A stretch of 64,000 nucleotides of DNA from Candidatus Dormiibacterota bacterium. GTDB taxonomy: Bacteria; Chloroflexota; Dormibacteria; Aeolococcales; Aeolococcaceae. The translations under genes were made by a program, and so were the position numbers. Below, piece by piece: positions 1 to 12,666 of this stretch. The stretch spans positions 3,008,001 to 3,072,000 of the forward strand of contig OY970355.1 in the NCBI GenBank assembly GCA_963718525.1. Reading direction: 5' to 3'. Every line of letters begins with the position of its first letter. The stretch's first letter is position 1. The notes under the pieces are model-generated. The model saw only the letters and a list, made by a program, of their open reading frames with translations. It was not told where the DNA came from and made no database searches.

Positions 1-89
1 CGCGGACGCGCGGCCGTGCCGGACACGTGCTTGCGCACGCGACGGTGGCGTCGGGCGCGAGAGGCGCGTCGATCGTGCTTGGTGAACAT
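1..89 (-). CDS. rplR: 50S ribosomal protein L18, 5' part (runs off window edge)
   Basis: Manual translation from ATG at 89: MFTKHDRRASRARRHRRVRKHVSGTAARP, a typical L18 N-terminus; directly downstream of rplF. Confidence 0.93.
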   Translation of the reverse strand, partial: MFTKHDRRASRARRHRRVRKHVSGTAARP

Positions 90-127
90 GGTGTCAGCCT
101 TCTACTTTCTTACTTCGATCTCGTTAC

Positions 128-682
128 TTACTTGGTCTTGCCGGCCTTCCCGGACTTGCCCGCCTTGCGCCGGATCTTCTCGCCACGGTAGAGGATGCCT
201 TTTCCCTTGTACGGCTCGGGCTTCCTGAAGGATCGAATCTTGGCGGCCACCTGGCCGACGACCTCTTTGTCAGACCCACTGACGCTGATCTGCGTGGGGA
301 CCGGCACCTCGATCGTGATCCCCTCCGGCGGCGTGTACCGGATCGGATGCGAGTAGCCGAGGGTCAGGATGAGGTCTCCGCCCTGGCGGGCCGCCCGGAA
401 GCCGACGCCGACCAGGTCGAGGTCGCGGGTGAAGCCGCCGCTGACGCCCTGCACCATGTTCGCCACCAGCGTGCGGGTGAGCCCGTGCAGCGAGCGATGG
501 ATGCGCGCATCGGAGGGGCGGTTGACCGTGATCACGCCAGTCTCGACGTTGATGAGCATCGACGGCGCAAAGGTGCGCTGCAGCGTTCCGCGCGAGCCGG
601 TGACGCTGAGGCGGTTGCCCAGTTCGAGGGCAACCTCAACTCCATCGGGGACGGGGATCGGAAGCTTGCCGATGCGCGACAT
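128..682 (-). CDS. rplF: 50S ribosomal protein L6
   Basis: MSRIGKLPI...RKPEPYKGKGI motifs; spc operon position. Confidence 0.99.
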   Translation of the reverse strand: MSRIGKLPIPVPDGVEVALELGNRLSVTGSRGTLQRTFAPSMLINVETGVITVNRPSDARIHRSLHGLTRTLVANMVQGVSGGFTRDLDLVGVGFRAARQGGDLILTLGYSHPIRYTPPEGITIEVPVPTQISVSGSDKEVVGQVAAKIRSFRKPEPYKGKGILYRGEKIRRKAGKSGKAGKTK

Positions 683-689
683 CAGACAA

Positions 690-1085
690 TCACCACACGA
701 ACGCGACGACTTCGCCGCCCAGGCCGGCCCGCTGCGCGGCGCGCCCGGTCATCAATCCGCGCGAGGTCGAGATGATCGCCACTCCGAGGCCTCCGAGAAC
801 CCGAGGGATCTCGGACTTGCGCGCGTAGACGCGCAGTCCCGGCCGGCTGATCCGGCGCAACCCGGAGAGCGCGCGACCGCGCGGGCTTCCCGGCTTGAGC
901 GTGACCGTGAGCACCTGCATCGGCGCTTCACCCGAGACTTCGTACCCGTCGACGAAGCCTTCCTCGGTGAGCACGCGCGCGATCTCAACCTTCATCTTCG
1001 ACACCGGGATCTCCACGGTGCGGTGATGGGCCTGGTTGGCGTTGCGGATGCGGGTGAGCATATCCGCGATGCTGTCACTGGTCAT
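690..1085 (-). CDS. rpsH: 30S ribosomal protein S8
   Basis: [31 protein letters not shown]. Confidence 0.99.
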   Translation of the reverse strand: MTSDSIADMLTRIRNANQAHHRTVEIPVSKMKVEIARVLTEEGFVDGYEVSGEAPMQVLTVTLKPGSPRGRALSGLRRISRPGLRVYARKSEIPRVLGGLGVAIISTSRGLMTGRAAQRAGLGGEVVAFVW

Positions 1086-1088
1086 GGA

Positions 1089-1274
1089 TCACCACGAACT
1101 CTTCTGGACGCCAGGTATCTGTCCGATGCTGGCGAGTTGACGGAAACAGATCCGGCACATGCCGAACTTGCGCATGTAGGCCCGCGGGCGACCGCACACA
1201 CCGCAGCGGTGGTGCGCCTGCGTCGAGTAGCGAGCTGGGCGATTCGCCTTGGCGATCAGCGACTTCTTTGCCAT
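1089..1274 (-). CDS. rpsN: 30S ribosomal protein S14, zinc-binding (type Z)
   Basis: 61 aa, CGVCGRPR...MCRICFR...PGVQKSSW; two CxxC pairs. Confidence 0.98.
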   Translation of the reverse strand: MAKKSLIAKANRPARYSTQAHHRCGVCGRPRAYMRKFGMCRICFRQLASIGQIPGVQKSSW

Positions 1275-1277
1275 CGT

Positions 1278-1844
1278 TCAGTTCTTCCTGAAGGGCATGC
1301 CGAGCCCCGTGAGGAGCGAGCGGCCCTCAGCGTCTGTACGAGCGGTGGTCACGATGCAGACCTCGAGCCCGCGAAGCTTGTCGATCTTGTCGTAGTCGAT
1401 CTCCGGAAACACGAGTTGCTCGCGCAACCCGAGGGTGTAGTTGCCATGGCCATCGAACGCCTTCGGATCGACGCCGCGGAAGTCTCGAATGCGTGGGAGC
1501 GCAACGTTGAGCAACTTGTCGAGGAAGTCGAACATGCGCCGCCCCCGCAGGGTGACTTTGACACCGATGGGCATTCCCTCGCGCAACTTGAACGCGGCGA
1601 CGGACTTGCGTGCCCGGATGACGATCGGCGCCTGGCCGGTGATCAACTTCAGGTCGGCAATCGCCGCGTCGATTGCGCGGGCATTGGTGATCGCCTCGCC
1701 GAGGCCGATGTTGATCACCACCTTCTCGACGGACGGCACCTGCATCGCATTCAAATACCGGAACTCGGCAACCAGTGCAGGCACGATCTCGTCGATGTAC
1801 CTGCGCTGCATGCGCGGCAGCTCGGCGACGGTCTGGACAGCCAT
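1278..1844 (-). CDS. rplE: 50S ribosomal protein L5
   Basis: [38 protein letters not shown]; start moved to ATG 1844, which overlaps the rplX stop (TGATG). Confidence 0.98.
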   Translation of the reverse strand: MAVQTVAELPRMQRRYIDEIVPALVAEFRYLNAMQVPSVEKVVINIGLGEAITNARAIDAAIADLKLITGQAPIVIRARKSVAAFKLREGMPIGVKVTLRGRRMFDFLDKLLNVALPRIRDFRGVDPKAFDGHGNYTLGLREQLVFPEIDYDKIDKLRGLEVCIVTTARTDAEGRSLLTGLGMPFRKN

Positions 1845-2245
1845 CAGACTTGCGCCCTTTCGTAGGTCTCGCCGCACTTCTTGCACACGATCACGCGACG
1901 TCCGAGCTCATTCACCGTATGCGCGATCCTGGTGCGTTTGTCGCAGCGGTTGCAGACGAGCATGACGTTGCTGTACGCGACGGGACCGTCGAAGTCGACG
2001 ATGCCACCCTGAATGTTGCCCTGGACGCCAGACTTGGTGTGCCGCTTCAGGATGTTCACACCACTCACCGCGATGCGCTGCTGGTCCGGCAGGATGCGCT
2101 CGACAACGCCGCGCTTGCCCTTGTTCTTGCCGCTGATGACTTCAACGTTGTCGCCCTTGCGGATATCCAGCGGGCGCAGATGCCCGCTGGCCCAGCCCTC
2201 GTGAATGAGCGTGGAGCGGCGCCGGCGTTCGACCCTCGTCGCCAT
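1844..2245 (-). CDS. rplX: 50S ribosomal protein L24 with N-terminal extension
   Basis: [22 protein letters not shown] motif; CNRC and CKKC; ATG 1 nt after rplN stop. Confidence 0.97.
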   Translation of the reverse strand: MATRVERRRRSTLIHEGWASGHLRPLDIRKGDNVEVISGKNKGKRGVVERILPDQQRIAVSGVNILKRHTKSGVQGNIQGGIVDFDGPVAYSNVMLVCNRCDKRTRIAHTVNELGRRVIVCKKCGETYERAQV

Positions 2246-2246
2246 C

Positions 2247-2615
2247 TCAGATCACCTCGGGAGCGAGGCTGACGATCTTCATGAAGTTGCGCTCGCGCAG
2301 CTCGCGGGCCACCGGGCCGAAGATGCGCGACCCACGCGGGTTGTTCTGAGGCGTGATCAGCACCGCGGCGTTCTCATCGAAGCGGATGTTGCTGCCGTCG
2401 GGCCGCTTGTACTCCTTGGTGGTCCGCACCACGACCGCGCGAACCACGTCGCCCTTCTTCACCTGGGCGTTCGGTTGCGCCACCTTGACGGTGCCGATGA
2501 TCACGTCACCCACCGAGGCGTACTTGCGATAGCTGCCGCCAAGGACACGGATACAGAGCAGCTCGCGCGCGCCGCTGTTGTCCGCCACCTTGAGCACGGA
2601 TTCCTGCTGGATCAT
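2247..2615 (-). CDS. rplN: 50S ribosomal protein L14
   Basis: [16 protein letters not shown]...SLAPEVI, 122 aa from ATG 2615. Confidence 0.99.
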   Translation of the reverse strand: MIQQESVLKVADNSGARELLCIRVLGGSYRKYASVGDVIIGTVKVAQPNAQVKKGDVVRAVVVRTTKEYKRPDGSNIRFDENAAVLITPQNNPRGSRIFGPVARELRERNFMKIVSLAPEVI

Positions 2616-2616
2616 C

Positions 2617-2892
2617 TCAGCGAGCCTTCTCCAGAACTTCGGCAACACGCCAGCGGATCTCCTTCGAGATCGGACGCGTCTCGACGATCCGCACTCGGTC
2701 ACCGATGCCGCAGCTCTCGTCGTCGTGCACCTTGAAGCGCGTGCTGTGTCGCACGACCTTTTTGTAGAGGGGATGCGGTTTGCTGATCTGCACCAGCACG
2801 ATCACCGTCTTCTCCATCTTGTCGCTCACGACGACACCGTCGCGCACCTTGCGGCGTCCGCGAGCTGGCGAAGTTGCCGTCACGTCACTCAT
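2617..2892 (-). CDS. rpsQ: 30S ribosomal protein S17
   Basis: [27 protein letters not shown]; AGGAG 7 nt before ATG 2892. Confidence 0.97.
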   Translation of the reverse strand: MSDVTATSPARGRRKVRDGVVVSDKMEKTVIVLVQISKPHPLYKKVVRHSTRFKVHDDESCGIGDRVRIVETRPISKEIRWRVAEVLEKAR

Positions 2893-3289
2893 CGACATTC
2901 TCCTGGGCGTCTGCGGTGTCCGCGACCGGTTCGGCCGCTTCGGAGGACTCGGCGACGGGAATCGCAGCGGGAACCACTGCCGGCACCTCGAGGCGCGCGG
3001 GCTTGGGCTCGCGCGGGGCACGAGCGGGCTTGGGTTTCGGCCGGACCGGGCGAGCGGCGACCGCCTCGATGAGCGCCGGGCGCAGGCCGCGTTCGATCTC
3101 GATCTTCACCGTCATCGCCCGGGCGATCTCATGGCGGATCTCGCGGACCTGGCGGTGGTTCTCCACCTGTCCGGTCGCCTGCTGGAAGCGAACCTCGAAC
3201 AGTCGCCGGCGCTGCTTGCTCAGATGATCGTCGAGCTCGGCAACCGTCATCCGGCGGAGTTCGTTGAGTGCATCAGCCGTCTTGGTCAC
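2885..3289 (-). CDS. rpmC: 50S ribosomal protein L29 with long C-terminal tail
   Basis: [10 protein letters not shown]...[15 protein letters not shown]...IARAMTV; position between rplP and rpsQ. Confidence 0.95.
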   Translation of the reverse strand: MTKTADALNELRRMTVAELDDHLSKQRRRLFEVRFQQATGQVENHRQVREIRHEIARAMTVKIEIERGLRPALIEAVAARPVRPKPKPARAPREPKPARLEVPAVVPAAIPVAESSEAAEPVADTADAQENVDE

Positions 3290-3726
3290 AGCGTTGCAGC
3301 CTCCAGGTCAGAGCCCGTCTCTTCGCGAATCAGAAACCGCGTCTTGATGGGCAGCTTGAACGCGGCGAGGCGCATCGCCTCCTGCGCGGTCTCGCGGGTG
3401 ACGCCGGCCATCTCGAAGAGCACACGACCGGGCAGCACCACGGCGACCCAGCCCTCGGGCTGACCCTTACCGCTTCCCATGCGTGTCTCAGCCGGCTTCT
3501 TGGTGAAGGCGTGATCGGGAAAGATGCGAATCCAGATCTTGCCGCCACGCTTGACGTGACGGGTCATGGCGCGCCGGGCTGCTTCGATCTGCCGGTTGGT
3601 CATCCAGCACTGCTCGGTCGCCTGGAGACCGTAGGTCCCGAAGTCGAGCTTGTTGCCACGTTGCGCAGCACCGGTCCGGCGCCCGCGATGGAGCTTGCGA
3701 TGCTTGGTTCGCTTCGGCATCAGCAT
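3286..3726 (-). CDS. rplP: 50S ribosomal protein L16
   Basis: [31 protein letters not shown]. Confidence 0.99.
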   Translation of the reverse strand: MLMPKRTKHRKLHRGRRTGAAQRGNKLDFGTYGLQATEQCWMTNRQIEAARRAMTRHVKRGGKIWIRIFPDHAFTKKPAETRMGSGKGQPEGWVAVVLPGRVLFEMAGVTRETAQEAMRLAAFKLPIKTRFLIREETGSDLEAATL

Positions 3727-3728
3727 CG

Positions 3729-4742
3729 CTATTCCTCCTCTTCTTCGGGGCCGTCGACCGGCGCATCCGCTTTCTTGACGAGCTTCTTGGGTGCGCGCGA
3801 CACCGACGCCGGCTTCTTCGCGACGACCGGCTTCCGGCGTGCGGGAGCTCGCTTGGGTGTGAGCTTCTCGACCTTGTCGCCACCGGCGGCGGGATCGACA
3901 CCGGTGGCAGCGATCACTGCCTCATCCTCATCGATCTCGACCACGTCATCGGTCGGGACCTCCTCGGTATCGGCGTCGGGAACGTCGACGGTCTCGATGA
4001 CAGCCGCCACCTCTTCTGCCGGTGCCTCGGCGACGCGTGCGGCGGGCACGGGGACGCGATCCTCGAGCCCGCGGTCTTCCGCGCGATCCTTGCCGGGTGC
4101 GATCGGCTCGCCGGTCGCGGTCACGAAATCGCCGAGGTACAGCCAGCACTGGACGCCGATGCGGCCAAATGTGGTGCGCGCCTCCGCTTTTCCATAGTCG
4201 ATGTTCGCGCGCAGCGTGTGGAGCGGTACCCGACCGTCGCGATCCCACTCGCGACGTGACATCTCGGATCCACCGAGCCGGCCGCTCACCTGGATCTTCA
4301 CGCCCTTTGCGCCCGCCCGCATGCTCCGCATCAGCGTCTGCTTGAGCGCCCGGCGGAAGGCGATGCGCTTCTCGAGCTGCGAGGCGACGTTCTCGGCAAC
4401 GAGCGTGGCGTCGAGCTCGGGTGTCTTGATCTCGTGGATGGTGACCCGCACCTTCTTGCCGGAAATCCGCTCGAGCTCGTCGCGAAGCGCGTCGACCGAT
4501 GCACCCTGCTTGCCGATGACAATGCCGGGTTTCGCGGTCTGGATGATCACGGTGAGCTGGTTGGCGCTGCGCTCGGTCTCGATGCGCGCCAGGCCCGCAT
4601 TGCGCAGGCGGCTGCCGATGAGGCGCCGCATGGCGATGTCCTCATGCAGGAGCTTCGTGTATTCCTTGTCGGCGTACCAGCGAGCGTCCCAGTTCCGGTA
4701 GACGCCGAGCCGGAAACCGATCGGATTGACCTTCTGACCCAT
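3729..4742 (-). CDS. rpsC: 30S ribosomal protein S3 with long C-terminal tail
   Basis: [24 protein letters not shown] domain, [14 protein letters not shown]. Confidence 0.99.
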   Translation of the reverse strand: MGQKVNPIGFRLGVYRNWDARWYADKEYTKLLHEDIAMRRLIGSRLRNAGLARIETERSANQLTVIIQTAKPGIVIGKQGASVDALRDELERISGKKVRVTIHEIKTPELDATLVAENVASQLEKRIAFRRALKQTLMRSMRAGAKGVKIQVSGRLGGSEMSRREWDRDGRVPLHTLRANIDYGKAEARTTFGRIGVQCWLYLGDFVTATGEPIAPGKDRAEDRGLEDRVPVPAARVAEAPAEEVAAVIETVDVPDADTEEVPTDDVVEIDEDEAVIAATGVDPAAGGDKVEKLTPKRAPARRKPVVAKKPASVSRAPKKLVKKADAPVDGPEEEEE

Positions 4743-5243
4743 CTACTCAGCCTCTTCCGTGGTGGGCTTGGGTGCACGGCGGCGCACCGGGCGTGGCGTG
4801 GCTGCGCCACCCGCGGCCGGCGTGGTTGCCGCGGCCGGCGTGACGACTGGAGCGGGCAGGACGGTCCGAGGCATCTTCACGGCCCGGCGTTGACGCACGT
4901 TCGTGGGCGCCTCATCGTCGGTGACGAAGGCGCGCAGGTGGCTCGTCCTCTTGAAGATGCTACCGGCCATGCCGCGCGGCTTGGCTCGCCAGCGCTTGAT
5001 GATCATGGCGCCATCGACCTCAACGCGCGCGACCCGCAGCGAGGACGCATCGAGGTTGTAGTTGTGCTCGGCATTCGCGGCCGCCGACTTGATCACCTTG
5101 GCAATGTCCACAGCGGCTGAGCGCGGCGAAAACTGGAGCACCACCAACGCCTCGGCGACCGGCAGGCCGGTGACCATGGCGGACACGAGCCGAGCCTTGC
5201 GAGCGGTGGTGCGAACCCATTTCGCGGTTGCGACAACTTCCAT
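4743..5243 (-). CDS. rplV: 50S ribosomal protein L22 with C-terminal tail
   Basis: RKARLV, KSAAANAEHN, KRTSHL. Confidence 0.98.
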   Translation of the reverse strand: MEVVATAKWVRTTARKARLVSAMVTGLPVAEALVVLQFSPRSAAVDIAKVIKSAAANAEHNYNLDASSLRVARVEVDGAMIIKRWRAKPRGMAGSIFKRTSHLRAFVTDDEAPTNVRQRRAVKMPRTVLPAPVVTPAAATTPAAGGAATPRPVRRRAPKPTTEEAE

Positions 5244-5249
5244 CTCTCT

Positions 5250-5534
5250 CTACTTCAGCGCCGTGCTGCGTTCGGTGTGGTGCCCGTGTCCGCGGTAGCG
5301 ACGGGTGTGCGCGAACTCACCGAGCTTGTGGCCGACCATCGTTTCGGTGATGAGCACTGGAACGTGCTTGCGTCCGTCGTGCACCGCGATGGTGTGGCCG
5401 ACCATCTCCGGAAAGATGTCGCTGCGACGCGACCAGGTCTTGATGATCCGCTTCTCACGCGACATGTTGAGCTGCTGCACCTTCTTGAGGAGGTGGTCAT
5501 CGCAGAACGGCCCTTTCTTGAGCGAGCGACCCAT
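5250..5534 (-). CDS. rpsS: 30S ribosomal protein S19
   Basis: [24 protein letters not shown]. Confidence 0.99.
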   Translation of the reverse strand: MGRSLKKGPFCDDHLLKKVQQLNMSREKRIIKTWSRRSDIFPEMVGHTIAVHDGRKHVPVLITETMVGHKLGEFAHTRRYRGHGHHTERSTALK

Positions 5535-5536
5535 GG

Positions 5537-6361
5537 TTACTTGTCCCGCCGGCGCACGATCAGCCGATCAGTGCTCTTGTTGTGACGGGTGCGATAACCG
5601 AGCGCGGGCTTGCCCCATGGGGTCTGCGGGTTGCCACCCGCGCCGCTCCGTCCTTCGCCGCCGCCGTGAGGATGATCGAATGGGTTCATGGTCATGCCAC
5701 GAACCGACGGACGAATCCCCCGCCATCTCGACTTCCCGGCCTTGCCGACGACTTCGTTCTCGTGATCGACGTTGCCGACCTGTCCAATCGTGGCACGGCA
5801 GCGAACGTCGATGAGCCGGACCTCGCCGCTGGGCATGCGGACCTGCGCGTAGGCGCCTTCCTTTGCAAGCAGCTGCGCCGCGGTTCCGGCGCTGCGAACC
5901 AGCTGAGCGCCACGCCCGAGCTTGACCTCGAGATTATGAATCGTGGTGCCGAGCGGGATGTTCGTGATCGGCAGCGCGCAACCTGGACGGATCTCGGCGG
6001 ACTCACCGGAGCTGACCACGTCGCCGACGTTGAGCCCGTGCGGCGAGAGGATGTAGCGCTTGTCGCCGTCGGCATACACCACCAGGGCGATGCGCGCGCT
6101 GCGATTCGGGTCGTACTCGATCGTCTTCACCTTGCCGGGCACGCCGTCCTTCTGGCGCTTGAAGTCGATGAGGCGATACGTCTTCTTGTGACCGCCGCCC
6201 TGGTGACGCACCGTGATGCGTCCGGACGCGTTGCGTCCGCTGTGCTTCTTGAGGTGCTCGACCAGCCGGCGCTGCGGTGCGCTCTTGGTCACGCCCTCGA
6301 AGCTGCTCACCGACATGAATCGGCGGCCGGGGCTCGTCGGCTTGTATTTCTTAGTGGGCAT
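5537..6361 (-). CDS. rplB: 50S ribosomal protein L2
   Basis: [25 protein letters not shown]. Confidence 0.99.
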   Translation of the reverse strand: MPTKKYKPTSPGRRFMSVSSFEGVTKSAPQRRLVEHLKKHSGRNASGRITVRHQGGGHKKTYRLIDFKRQKDGVPGKVKTIEYDPNRSARIALVVYADGDKRYILSPHGLNVGDVVSSGESAEIRPGCALPITNIPLGTTIHNLEVKLGRGAQLVRSAGTAAQLLAKEGAYAQVRMPSGEVRLIDVRCRATIGQVGNVDHENEVVGKAGKSRWRGIRPSVRGMTMNPFDHPHGGGEGRSGAGGNPQTPWGKPALGYRTRHNKSTDRLIVRRRDK

Positions 6362-6681
6362 CAGACGCCTTCAAACAATCCTTCGATCTTCTGGCCTGCG
6401 CCGAGAGTCACGATCGCCTTCTTCCAGTCTGGGCTCTGGCCGATCACGCGCGTCTGGCCCCGCGAACGGCGGCGCTTCTTGCCACGCACGTTGATCGTGT
6501 TGACGTCGATGACGGTGATCTTCTGATCCACGAACGCCTCTTCGAGAGCGCGCCGGATCTGGATCTTCGTCGCCGACGGATGGCAGCGGAACACGTAGCG
6601 CCCCGACGCCATCGACGCGTACGACTTCTCGCTGATCACGGGCAGGACCAACACCTGCTCGAAGCTGCGCGCGGAGGTCAT
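6361..6681 (-). CDS. rplW: 50S ribosomal protein L23
   Basis: [15 protein letters not shown]. Confidence 0.97.
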   Translation of the reverse strand: MTSARSFEQVLVLPVISEKSYASMASGRYVFRCHPSATKIQIRRALEEAFVDQKITVIDVNTINVRGKKRRRSRGQTRVIGQSPDWKKAIVTLGAGQKIEGLFEGV

Positions 6682-7301
6682 GCGAACGCCTCCTCGATGT
6701 GCTCGATGGCGTCACGCGTGACGATCACCGTATCGGCGCCGATGATGTCGCGCACCGACAGGTTGCCGGCAAGCGTCAGACGCACCTCGGGGATGTTGCG
6801 GGCGCTCTTCTCGAGCATCTCGTTGTGCGACCCGAGGACGACGAGCACCCGGCGAGGCCCGTCGACGCTGCGGATCAGCTCGGCGACAGCCCGGGTGCGC
6901 GGCGCCTCGAGCTCGAAGCTTTCGAGCACGAGCAAACCGCCGTCCTGGGCCTTGGCCGACAGCGCGCTGCGCAGCGCAAGGCGGCGCTGCTTGCGCGGCA
7001 TCTCGATGCGGTAGGAGCGTGGATGCGGACCGAAGACGATGCCGCCACCCTCCCACTGCGGGGAGCGAGTCGAACCCTGGCGAGCACGCCCGGTCCCCTT
7101 CTGGCGATATGGCTTGCGTCCTCCGCCTCGAACATCGCTGCGGGTCTTGGTCGACGACGTGCCCTGGCGACCGTTGGCGAGCTGACGGATCAGGGCCTGG
7201 TGCATCACGGACTCGTTGGGCTCGATCCCGAAGATGGCCTCGGGGAGCTCGACCGTTCCGGTCTCGACGCCCGTCTGATCGACGACGCGCGCAGTGCTCA
7301 T
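6678..7301 (-). CDS. rplD: 50S ribosomal protein L4
   Basis: [27 protein letters not shown]. Confidence 0.99.
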   Translation of the reverse strand: MSTARVVDQTGVETGTVELPEAIFGIEPNESVMHQALIRQLANGRQGTSSTKTRSDVRGGGRKPYRQKGTGRARQGSTRSPQWEGGGIVFGPHPRSYRIEMPRKQRRLALRSALSAKAQDGGLLVLESFELEAPRTRAVAELIRSVDGPRRVLVVLGSHNEMLEKSARNIPEVRLTLAGNLSVRDIIGADTVIVTRDAIEHIEEAFA

Positions 7302-7939
7302 GCCTGCGCTCCGATGACCGCTGAACGGTCGCTGTCGCGGATCATGACCACCTGGTTCTTGTGACCGGGAACGGACCCGTGGACGAGGAGCAGGTGGCGC
7401 TCCGTGTCGACGCGCACGACCTCGAGATTGCGCACCGTGACCTGGGTTGCTCCGTGCTGACCGGCCATCTTGAGGCCCTTGAACACGCGCGCCGCGTCGG
7501 TGGAACCGATCGAGCCGGCCTGCTTGATGTTGTGCGATCCGTGCGACACGGGACCGCGGTGGAAGTTGTGGCGCTTGTGCTGCCCAGAAAACCCCTTGCC
7601 CTGGCTCACGCCGGTGACGTCGATGCGCTGCCCGGCGGTGAACATGTCGACGCTCAGCAGCGTGCCCGGCGTGGCGTCGCCGGCGTCGCGCAACTCCTTC
7701 AACCGCGACAGCGGCTGGAGCCCGGCGCGCTTGAAGTGACCGCGCATCGGCTTGGAGGTCCGCTTCACGGCCTTGTCGCCAAAACCGAGCTGGAGCGCGT
7801 CGTATCCATCGGAGCCGACCGTCTTGCGCTGCACGACACGGCAGGTGTCCGCCTCCAGGACCGTCACCGGGACCGACGTCCCCTGCGGCGTGAAGATCTG
7901 CGTCATGCCCACTTTGCGGGCGAGAATGCCTTTGCTCAC
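7298..7939 (-). CDS. rplC: 50S ribosomal protein L3
   Basis: [21 protein letters not shown]. Confidence 0.99.
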   Translation of the reverse strand: MSKGILARKVGMTQIFTPQGTSVPVTVLEADTCRVVQRKTVGSDGYDALQLGFGDKAVKRTSKPMRGHFKRAGLQPLSRLKELRDAGDATPGTLLSVDMFTAGQRIDVTGVSQGKGFSGQHKRHNFHRGPVSHGSHNIKQAGSIGSTDAARVFKGLKMAGQHGATQVTVRNLEVVRVDTERHLLLVHGSVPGHKNQVVMIRDSDRSAVIGAQA

Positions 7940-8241
7940 AGCTTGATCTCGATGTTGACGCCGCTCGGGAGGTTGAGGCGCATCAGCGCGTCGACCACCT
8001 TGGGATTGGCGTCGAGGATGTCGAGGATCCGCTTGTGGGTGCGCATCTCGAACTGCTCCCGCGAGTCCTTGTCGATGAACGGCGAGCGCACCACGGTGTA
8101 CTTGTTGATGGTGGTGGGCAGGGGCACCGGGCCAGCAACACGTGTCCCCGTGCGCGTAGCCGTCTCCACGATCTTCGACGCGGCCTGGTCGAGGACGCGA
8201 TGATCGTAAGCCTTGAGGCGGATGCGAATTTTCTGGGGCAC
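7936..8241 (-). CDS. rpsJ: 30S ribosomal protein S10
   Basis: [23 protein letters not shown]. Confidence 0.99.
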   Translation of the reverse strand: MPQKIRIRLKAYDHRVLDQAASKIVETATRTGTRVAGPVPLPTTINKYTVVRSPFIDKDSREQFEMRTHKRILDILDANPKVVDALMRLNLPSGVNIEIKL

Positions 8242-8279
8242 GGTGTTCCTAGGGTTCCTCTGCTCTTTTCAGCGAGTGT

Positions 8280-9470
8280 CTATTTTTCGATCGATGTGAC
8301 GGCGCCGGCACCCACGGTACGGCCGCCCTCGCGAATCGCGAAGCGCATGCCGTCCTCGACCGCGATCGGGGTGATCAGCTCGATGCCCATCTCGACGTTG
8401 TCCCCGGGCATGCACATCTCCTGGCCTTCCGGGAGCGCGATGGTACCTGTCACGTCGGTGGTCCTGATGTAGAACTGGGGACGGTAGCCTGTGAAGAACG
8501 GGGTGTGACGTCCGCCTTCGTCCTTGCTCAGCACGTAGACCTGGGCCTTGAACTTGGTGTGCGGCGTGATCGTTCCGGGCTTGGCGAGCACCTGTCCGCG
8601 CTCGACATCCTCGCGCTTGACGCCGCGGAGAAGGCAGCCGACGTTCATGCCCGCTTCACCAGCATCCAGCAGCTTGTGGAACATCTCGACACCGGTCACC
8701 ACCGACTTGACGGTGTCCTTGATGCCCACGATCTCCACCGGTTCGTTGACCTTGATAATGCCGCGATCGATGCGGCCGGTGACCACGGTCCCGCGACCTT
8801 CGATCGAGAACACGTCTTCGATCGGCATCATGAACGGACGCTCAACAGGACGCATCGGCACCGGGATGTAGGTGTCGACGGCCTCCATGAGCTTGAGCAC
8901 GCCGTCGACGGCGTCCTTGTCGCCTTCGAGCGCCTTGAGCGCAGACACGCGGACGACGGGGATGTCGTCACCGGGGAAGTCGTAACGGCTGAGGAGCTCA
9001 CGGACCTCGAGCTCGACAAGCTCGAGCAGCTCCTCATCGTCGACGGCGTCGCACTTGTTGAGCGCGACGACGATGTACGGGACACCGACCTGGCGTGCGA
9101 GCACGATGTGCTCCCGGGTCTGGGGCATCGGACCGTCGGTCGCGGCGACCACCAGGATCGCGCCGTCCATCTGGGCGGCGCCGGTGATCATGTTCTTGAT
9201 GTAGTCGGCGTGCCCGGGGCAGTCGACGTGCGCGTAGTGACGCGTCGCTGTCTCGTACTCGACGTGCGCGGTCGCGATGGTGATACCGCGGGCTTTCTCT
9301 TCAGGAGCGTTGTCGATCTTGTCGAACGAGACGAACGCGTTATCGCCTCCGACGTTCTCGGAGAGGACCTTGGTGATCGCAGCCGTGAGCGTGGTCTTGC
9401 CATGGTCGATGTGACCGATGGTTCCGACGTTCACGTGCGGCTTGGTGCTCTGGTACTTCTTCTTGCCCAT
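8280..9470 (-). CDS. tuf: Elongation factor Tu
   Basis: [31 protein letters not shown]. Confidence 0.99.
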   Translation of the reverse strand: MGKKKYQSTKPHVNVGTIGHIDHGKTTLTAAITKVLSENVGGDNAFVSFDKIDNAPEEKARGITIATAHVEYETATRHYAHVDCPGHADYIKNMITGAAQMDGAILVVAATDGPMPQTREHIVLARQVGVPYIVVALNKCDAVDDEELLELVELEVRELLSRYDFPGDDIPVVRVSALKALEGDKDAVDGVLKLMEAVDTYIPVPMRPVERPFMMPIEDVFSIEGRGTVVTGRIDRGIIKVNEPVEIVGIKDTVKSVVTGVEMFHKLLDAGEAGMNVGCLLRGVKREDVERGQVLAKPGTITPHTKFKAQVYVLSKDEGGRHTPFFTGYRPQFYIRTTDVTGTIALPEGQEMCMPGDNVEMGIELITPIAVEDGMRFAIREGGRTVGAGAVTSIEK

Positions 9471-9512
9471 TTCGTGCCTCTACTTAACTCCTGCGCTCTC
9501 CGATGGTCTCAA

Positions 9513-11600
9513 TTACACCCTGGCTTTGGCGACGAGCTCTTCGGCGAGACTCGCTGGAAGCTGTTGATAGTGATGGAATTCCATGCTGTAGTTGGCCCTG
9601 CCCTGGGTCATGCTGCGCAGGTCCGTCGAATAGCCGAACATCGCCGACAGCGGCACTTCGGCATGCACGATGTGCGATGCGGCGCGACCCTCCATGCCAA
9701 GGATCTGTCCACGCCGTCCGGAGAGATCGCCCATGACGTCGCCCATGAACTCCTCCGGCATGAACACGTCGACGCGCATGATCGGCTCGAGGAGCACCGG
9801 CTTCGCCTTGCGAACCCCGTCCTTGAAGCCCATCGACCCGGCGATGGAAAAGGCCTGTTCGGACGAGTTGACGTCATGGTAGGAACCGTCGACGAGGGTC
9901 ACCTTGACGTCGACGACCGGGTAGCCCGCCAGCACACCGTTGGAGAGCGAATCCTGGATGCCTCGCTGCGTCGGAGCGATGTATTCCCTCGGGATGGTGC
10001 CGCCGGTGATCTTGCTGACGAACTCGAAGCCCTTGCCGGGGTTGGGCTCGATCTCGAGCTCGACGTGGCCGTACTGGCCATGGCCGCCGGACTGGCGCAC
10101 GAAACGCCCGGTGCCGTGCGCTTTCTGGGTGACCGTCTCCCGGTACGAGACCTGGGGCTTGCCGACCGTTGCGTCGACCTTGAATTCACGGAGCATGCGG
10201 TCGACGATGATCTCGAGGTGGAGCTCGCCCATTCCTGAGATGACCGTCTGCCCGGTCTCCTCGTCGGTGCGAACCCGGAACGTGGGGTCCTCCTCGGCGA
10301 GCTTCTGCAGCGCGATGCCCATCTTGTCCTGCTCGGCCTTGGTCTTCGGTTCGACCGCGACTGAGATGACCGGCTCCGGGAAGGTGATCTGCTCGAGGAC
10401 GATCGGGTACTTCTCGTCGCAGAGCGTGTCCCCGGTGGTGGTCTTGCGCAGCCCGATCGCCGCCGCGATGTCGCCGGCGCGAACCTCCTCGATCTCCTCG
10501 CGATGGTTCGCGTGCATCTGGAGGAGCCGCCCGACGCGCTCGCGCTCGCCCTTGGTCGCGTTGTAGACGTACGAGCCGCTGCGCAGCACGCCGCTGTACA
10601 CGCGGAAGAAGGTGAGCTTTCCGACGAACGGGTCGGTCGCGATCTTGAAGGCGAGCGCCGCGAAGGGCTCGGAGTTGCTGGCGTTGCGCACCACCGCCTT
10701 CTCTCCCTCAGCAGTCGCGCCTTCGACCGATGGACGGTCGAGCGGCGACGGGAGGAAGTCGACGACCGCGTCGAGCATCGGCTGGACGCCCTTGTTCTTG
10801 AGCGCTGAACCACAGAGCACCGGGACGAGCTTGGTGCCGACCGTGCCGGTTCGAAGCCCGCGGACGATGTCGGCGGTCGTCAGGGTCTCGCCGTCGAGGT
10901 ACTTGATCATCAGCTCGTCATCGGCCTCGGCGACCGCCTCGAGGAGATCGTGGCGGTACTGGGCGACCAGTTCGCGCATGTCCTCCGGGATCTCCGAGCG
11001 CCGCAGGCTCGTGCCGAGGTCGTCGGTGTAGATGATGGCTTCCTCGGTGATGAGGTCGATCATCCCCCTGAACTCCGACTCGGCGCCGATCGGGAGCTGG
11101 ATGGGCACGGCATGGGCTCCGAGGCGCTCCTTGATGGAGGTCACCGCGGCGTAGAAGTTCGCGCCGATGCGGTCCATCTTGTTGATGAAGCAGATGCGCG
11201 GAACCTCGTACCGATCGGCCTGGCGCCACACCGTCTCGGACTGGGGCTCGACCCCGGCGACGGCATCGAACACGGCGACCGCTCCGTCGAGCACGCGAAG
11301 GCTGCGCTCCACCTCGACGGTGAAGTCCACGTGCCCGGGCGTATCGATAATGTTGATACGGTGGCCGCGCCACTCGGCAGCCGTTGCAGCCGATGTGATC
11401 GTGATGCCGCGCTCCTGCTCCTGGACCATCCAGTCCATGGTCGCGGCGCCCTCATGGACCTCGCCCATCTTGTGGATACGGCCGGTATAGAAGAGGACGC
11501 GCTCGGTGGTCGTGGTCTTGCCCGCGTCGATGTGGGCCATGATCCCGATGTTCCGGGTCTTCTCGAGGGGGAAGGCGCGCGCCGCCACTGCAACCACCAT
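9513..11600 (-). CDS. fusA: Elongation factor G
   Basis: [36 protein letters not shown]; start set at ATG 11600 just after the rpsG stop. Confidence 0.99.
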   Translation of the reverse strand: MVVAVAARAFPLEKTRNIGIMAHIDAGKTTTTERVLFYTGRIHKMGEVHEGAATMDWMVQEQERGITITSAATAAEWRGHRINIIDTPGHVDFTVEVERSLRVLDGAVAVFDAVAGVEPQSETVWRQADRYEVPRICFINKMDRIGANFYAAVTSIKERLGAHAVPIQLPIGAESEFRGMIDLITEEAIIYTDDLGTSLRRSEIPEDMRELVAQYRHDLLEAVAEADDELMIKYLDGETLTTADIVRGLRTGTVGTKLVPVLCGSALKNKGVQPMLDAVVDFLPSPLDRPSVEGATAEGEKAVVRNASNSEPFAALAFKIATDPFVGKLTFFRVYSGVLRSGSYVYNATKGERERVGRLLQMHANHREEIEEVRAGDIAAAIGLRKTTTGDTLCDEKYPIVLEQITFPEPVISVAVEPKTKAEQDKMGIALQKLAEEDPTFRVRTDEETGQTVISGMGELHLEIIVDRMLREFKVDATVGKPQVSYRETVTQKAHGTGRFVRQSGGHGQYGHVELEIEPNPGKGFEFVSKITGGTIPREYIAPTQRGIQDSLSNGVLAGYPVVDVKVTLVDGSYHDVNSSEQAFSIAGSMGFKDGVRKAKPVLLEPIMRVDVFMPEEFMGDVMGDLSGRRGQILGMEGRAASHIVHAEVPLSAMFGYSTDLRSMTQGRANYSMEFHHYQQLPASLAEELVAKARV

Positions 11601-11601
11601 G

Positions 11602-12072
11602 TCAGTACCGGAAGTGCGAGAACGCTTTGTTCGACTCGGCCATCTTGTGGGTGTCTTCCTTGCGCTTGATCGAAGCGCCGACGCCATTGGCCGCGTCCAT
11701 CAGCTCGCCGGCGAGCTTCTCCGACATGCTCTTGCCGCCGCGGCCCCGCGCGTAGCGGATGATCCAGCGCCGGGCAAGCGCCTGGCGACGGTCATGGCGG
11801 ATCTCCACTGGCACCTGATAGGTGGCGCCGCCGACCCGCTTCGGCTTGACCTCGAGGATCGGGGTCACGTTGCGGATCGCCTGGTCGAACACATCGAGCG
11901 GCTCCTTGCGGGAGGAGCGGCGGATCTTCTCAAACGAGTCGTAGACGATCTTCTCGGCAATGCTCTTCTTCCCGGCGAGCATGATGCAGTTCACGAATTT
12001 CGCCAGTCCCACACTCCCGTAGATCGGGTCGGGCAGGATGACGCGTTTCTGGACGCGGGCGCGACGTGGCAT
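11602..12072 (-). CDS. rpsG: 30S ribosomal protein S7
   Basis: [27 protein letters not shown]. Confidence 0.99.
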   Translation of the reverse strand: MPRRARVQKRVILPDPIYGSVGLAKFVNCIMLAGKKSIAEKIVYDSFEKIRRSSRKEPLDVFDQAIRNVTPILEVKPKRVGGATYQVPVEIRHDRRQALARRWIIRYARGRGGKSMSEKLAGELMDAANGVGASIKRKEDTHKMAESNKAFSHFRY

Positions 12073-12078
12073 GGATCC

Positions 12079-12459
<381 letters not shown>

Positions 12460-12539
12460 GACCGTCCGTTTATTGAGAATTGCGCTCTGCCACGAAACAG
12501 CGCGCGCGAATACGAGGAAAGCTCGTGGAGCGAAGCGAA

Positions 12540-12569
12540 AGCCTACCAGACGTCGAGTTCACACGTCAA
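12540..12569 (-). promoter_or_regulatory. Putative sigma70 promoter of the rpsL (str/S10/spc) transcript
   Basis: Minus strand TTGACG-N18-TAGGCT with TG extended -10, about 80 nt upstream of rpsL. Confidence 0.7.
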
Positions 12570-12618
12570 ACCTCAGTACCACCCGTGACATCGGCGCTCG
12601 CGGCAATTGGCCTGTGCC

Positions 12619-12627
12619 TGTTACGCT
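12619..12627 (+). promoter_or_regulatory. Putative extended -10 promoter of rplJ-rplL
   Basis: TGtTACGCT just upstream of the L10 leader. Confidence 0.5.
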
Positions 12628-12666
12628 GTCGCCCTTCCAGAAAGACGACTCGCCGTCGTCCGTTCG

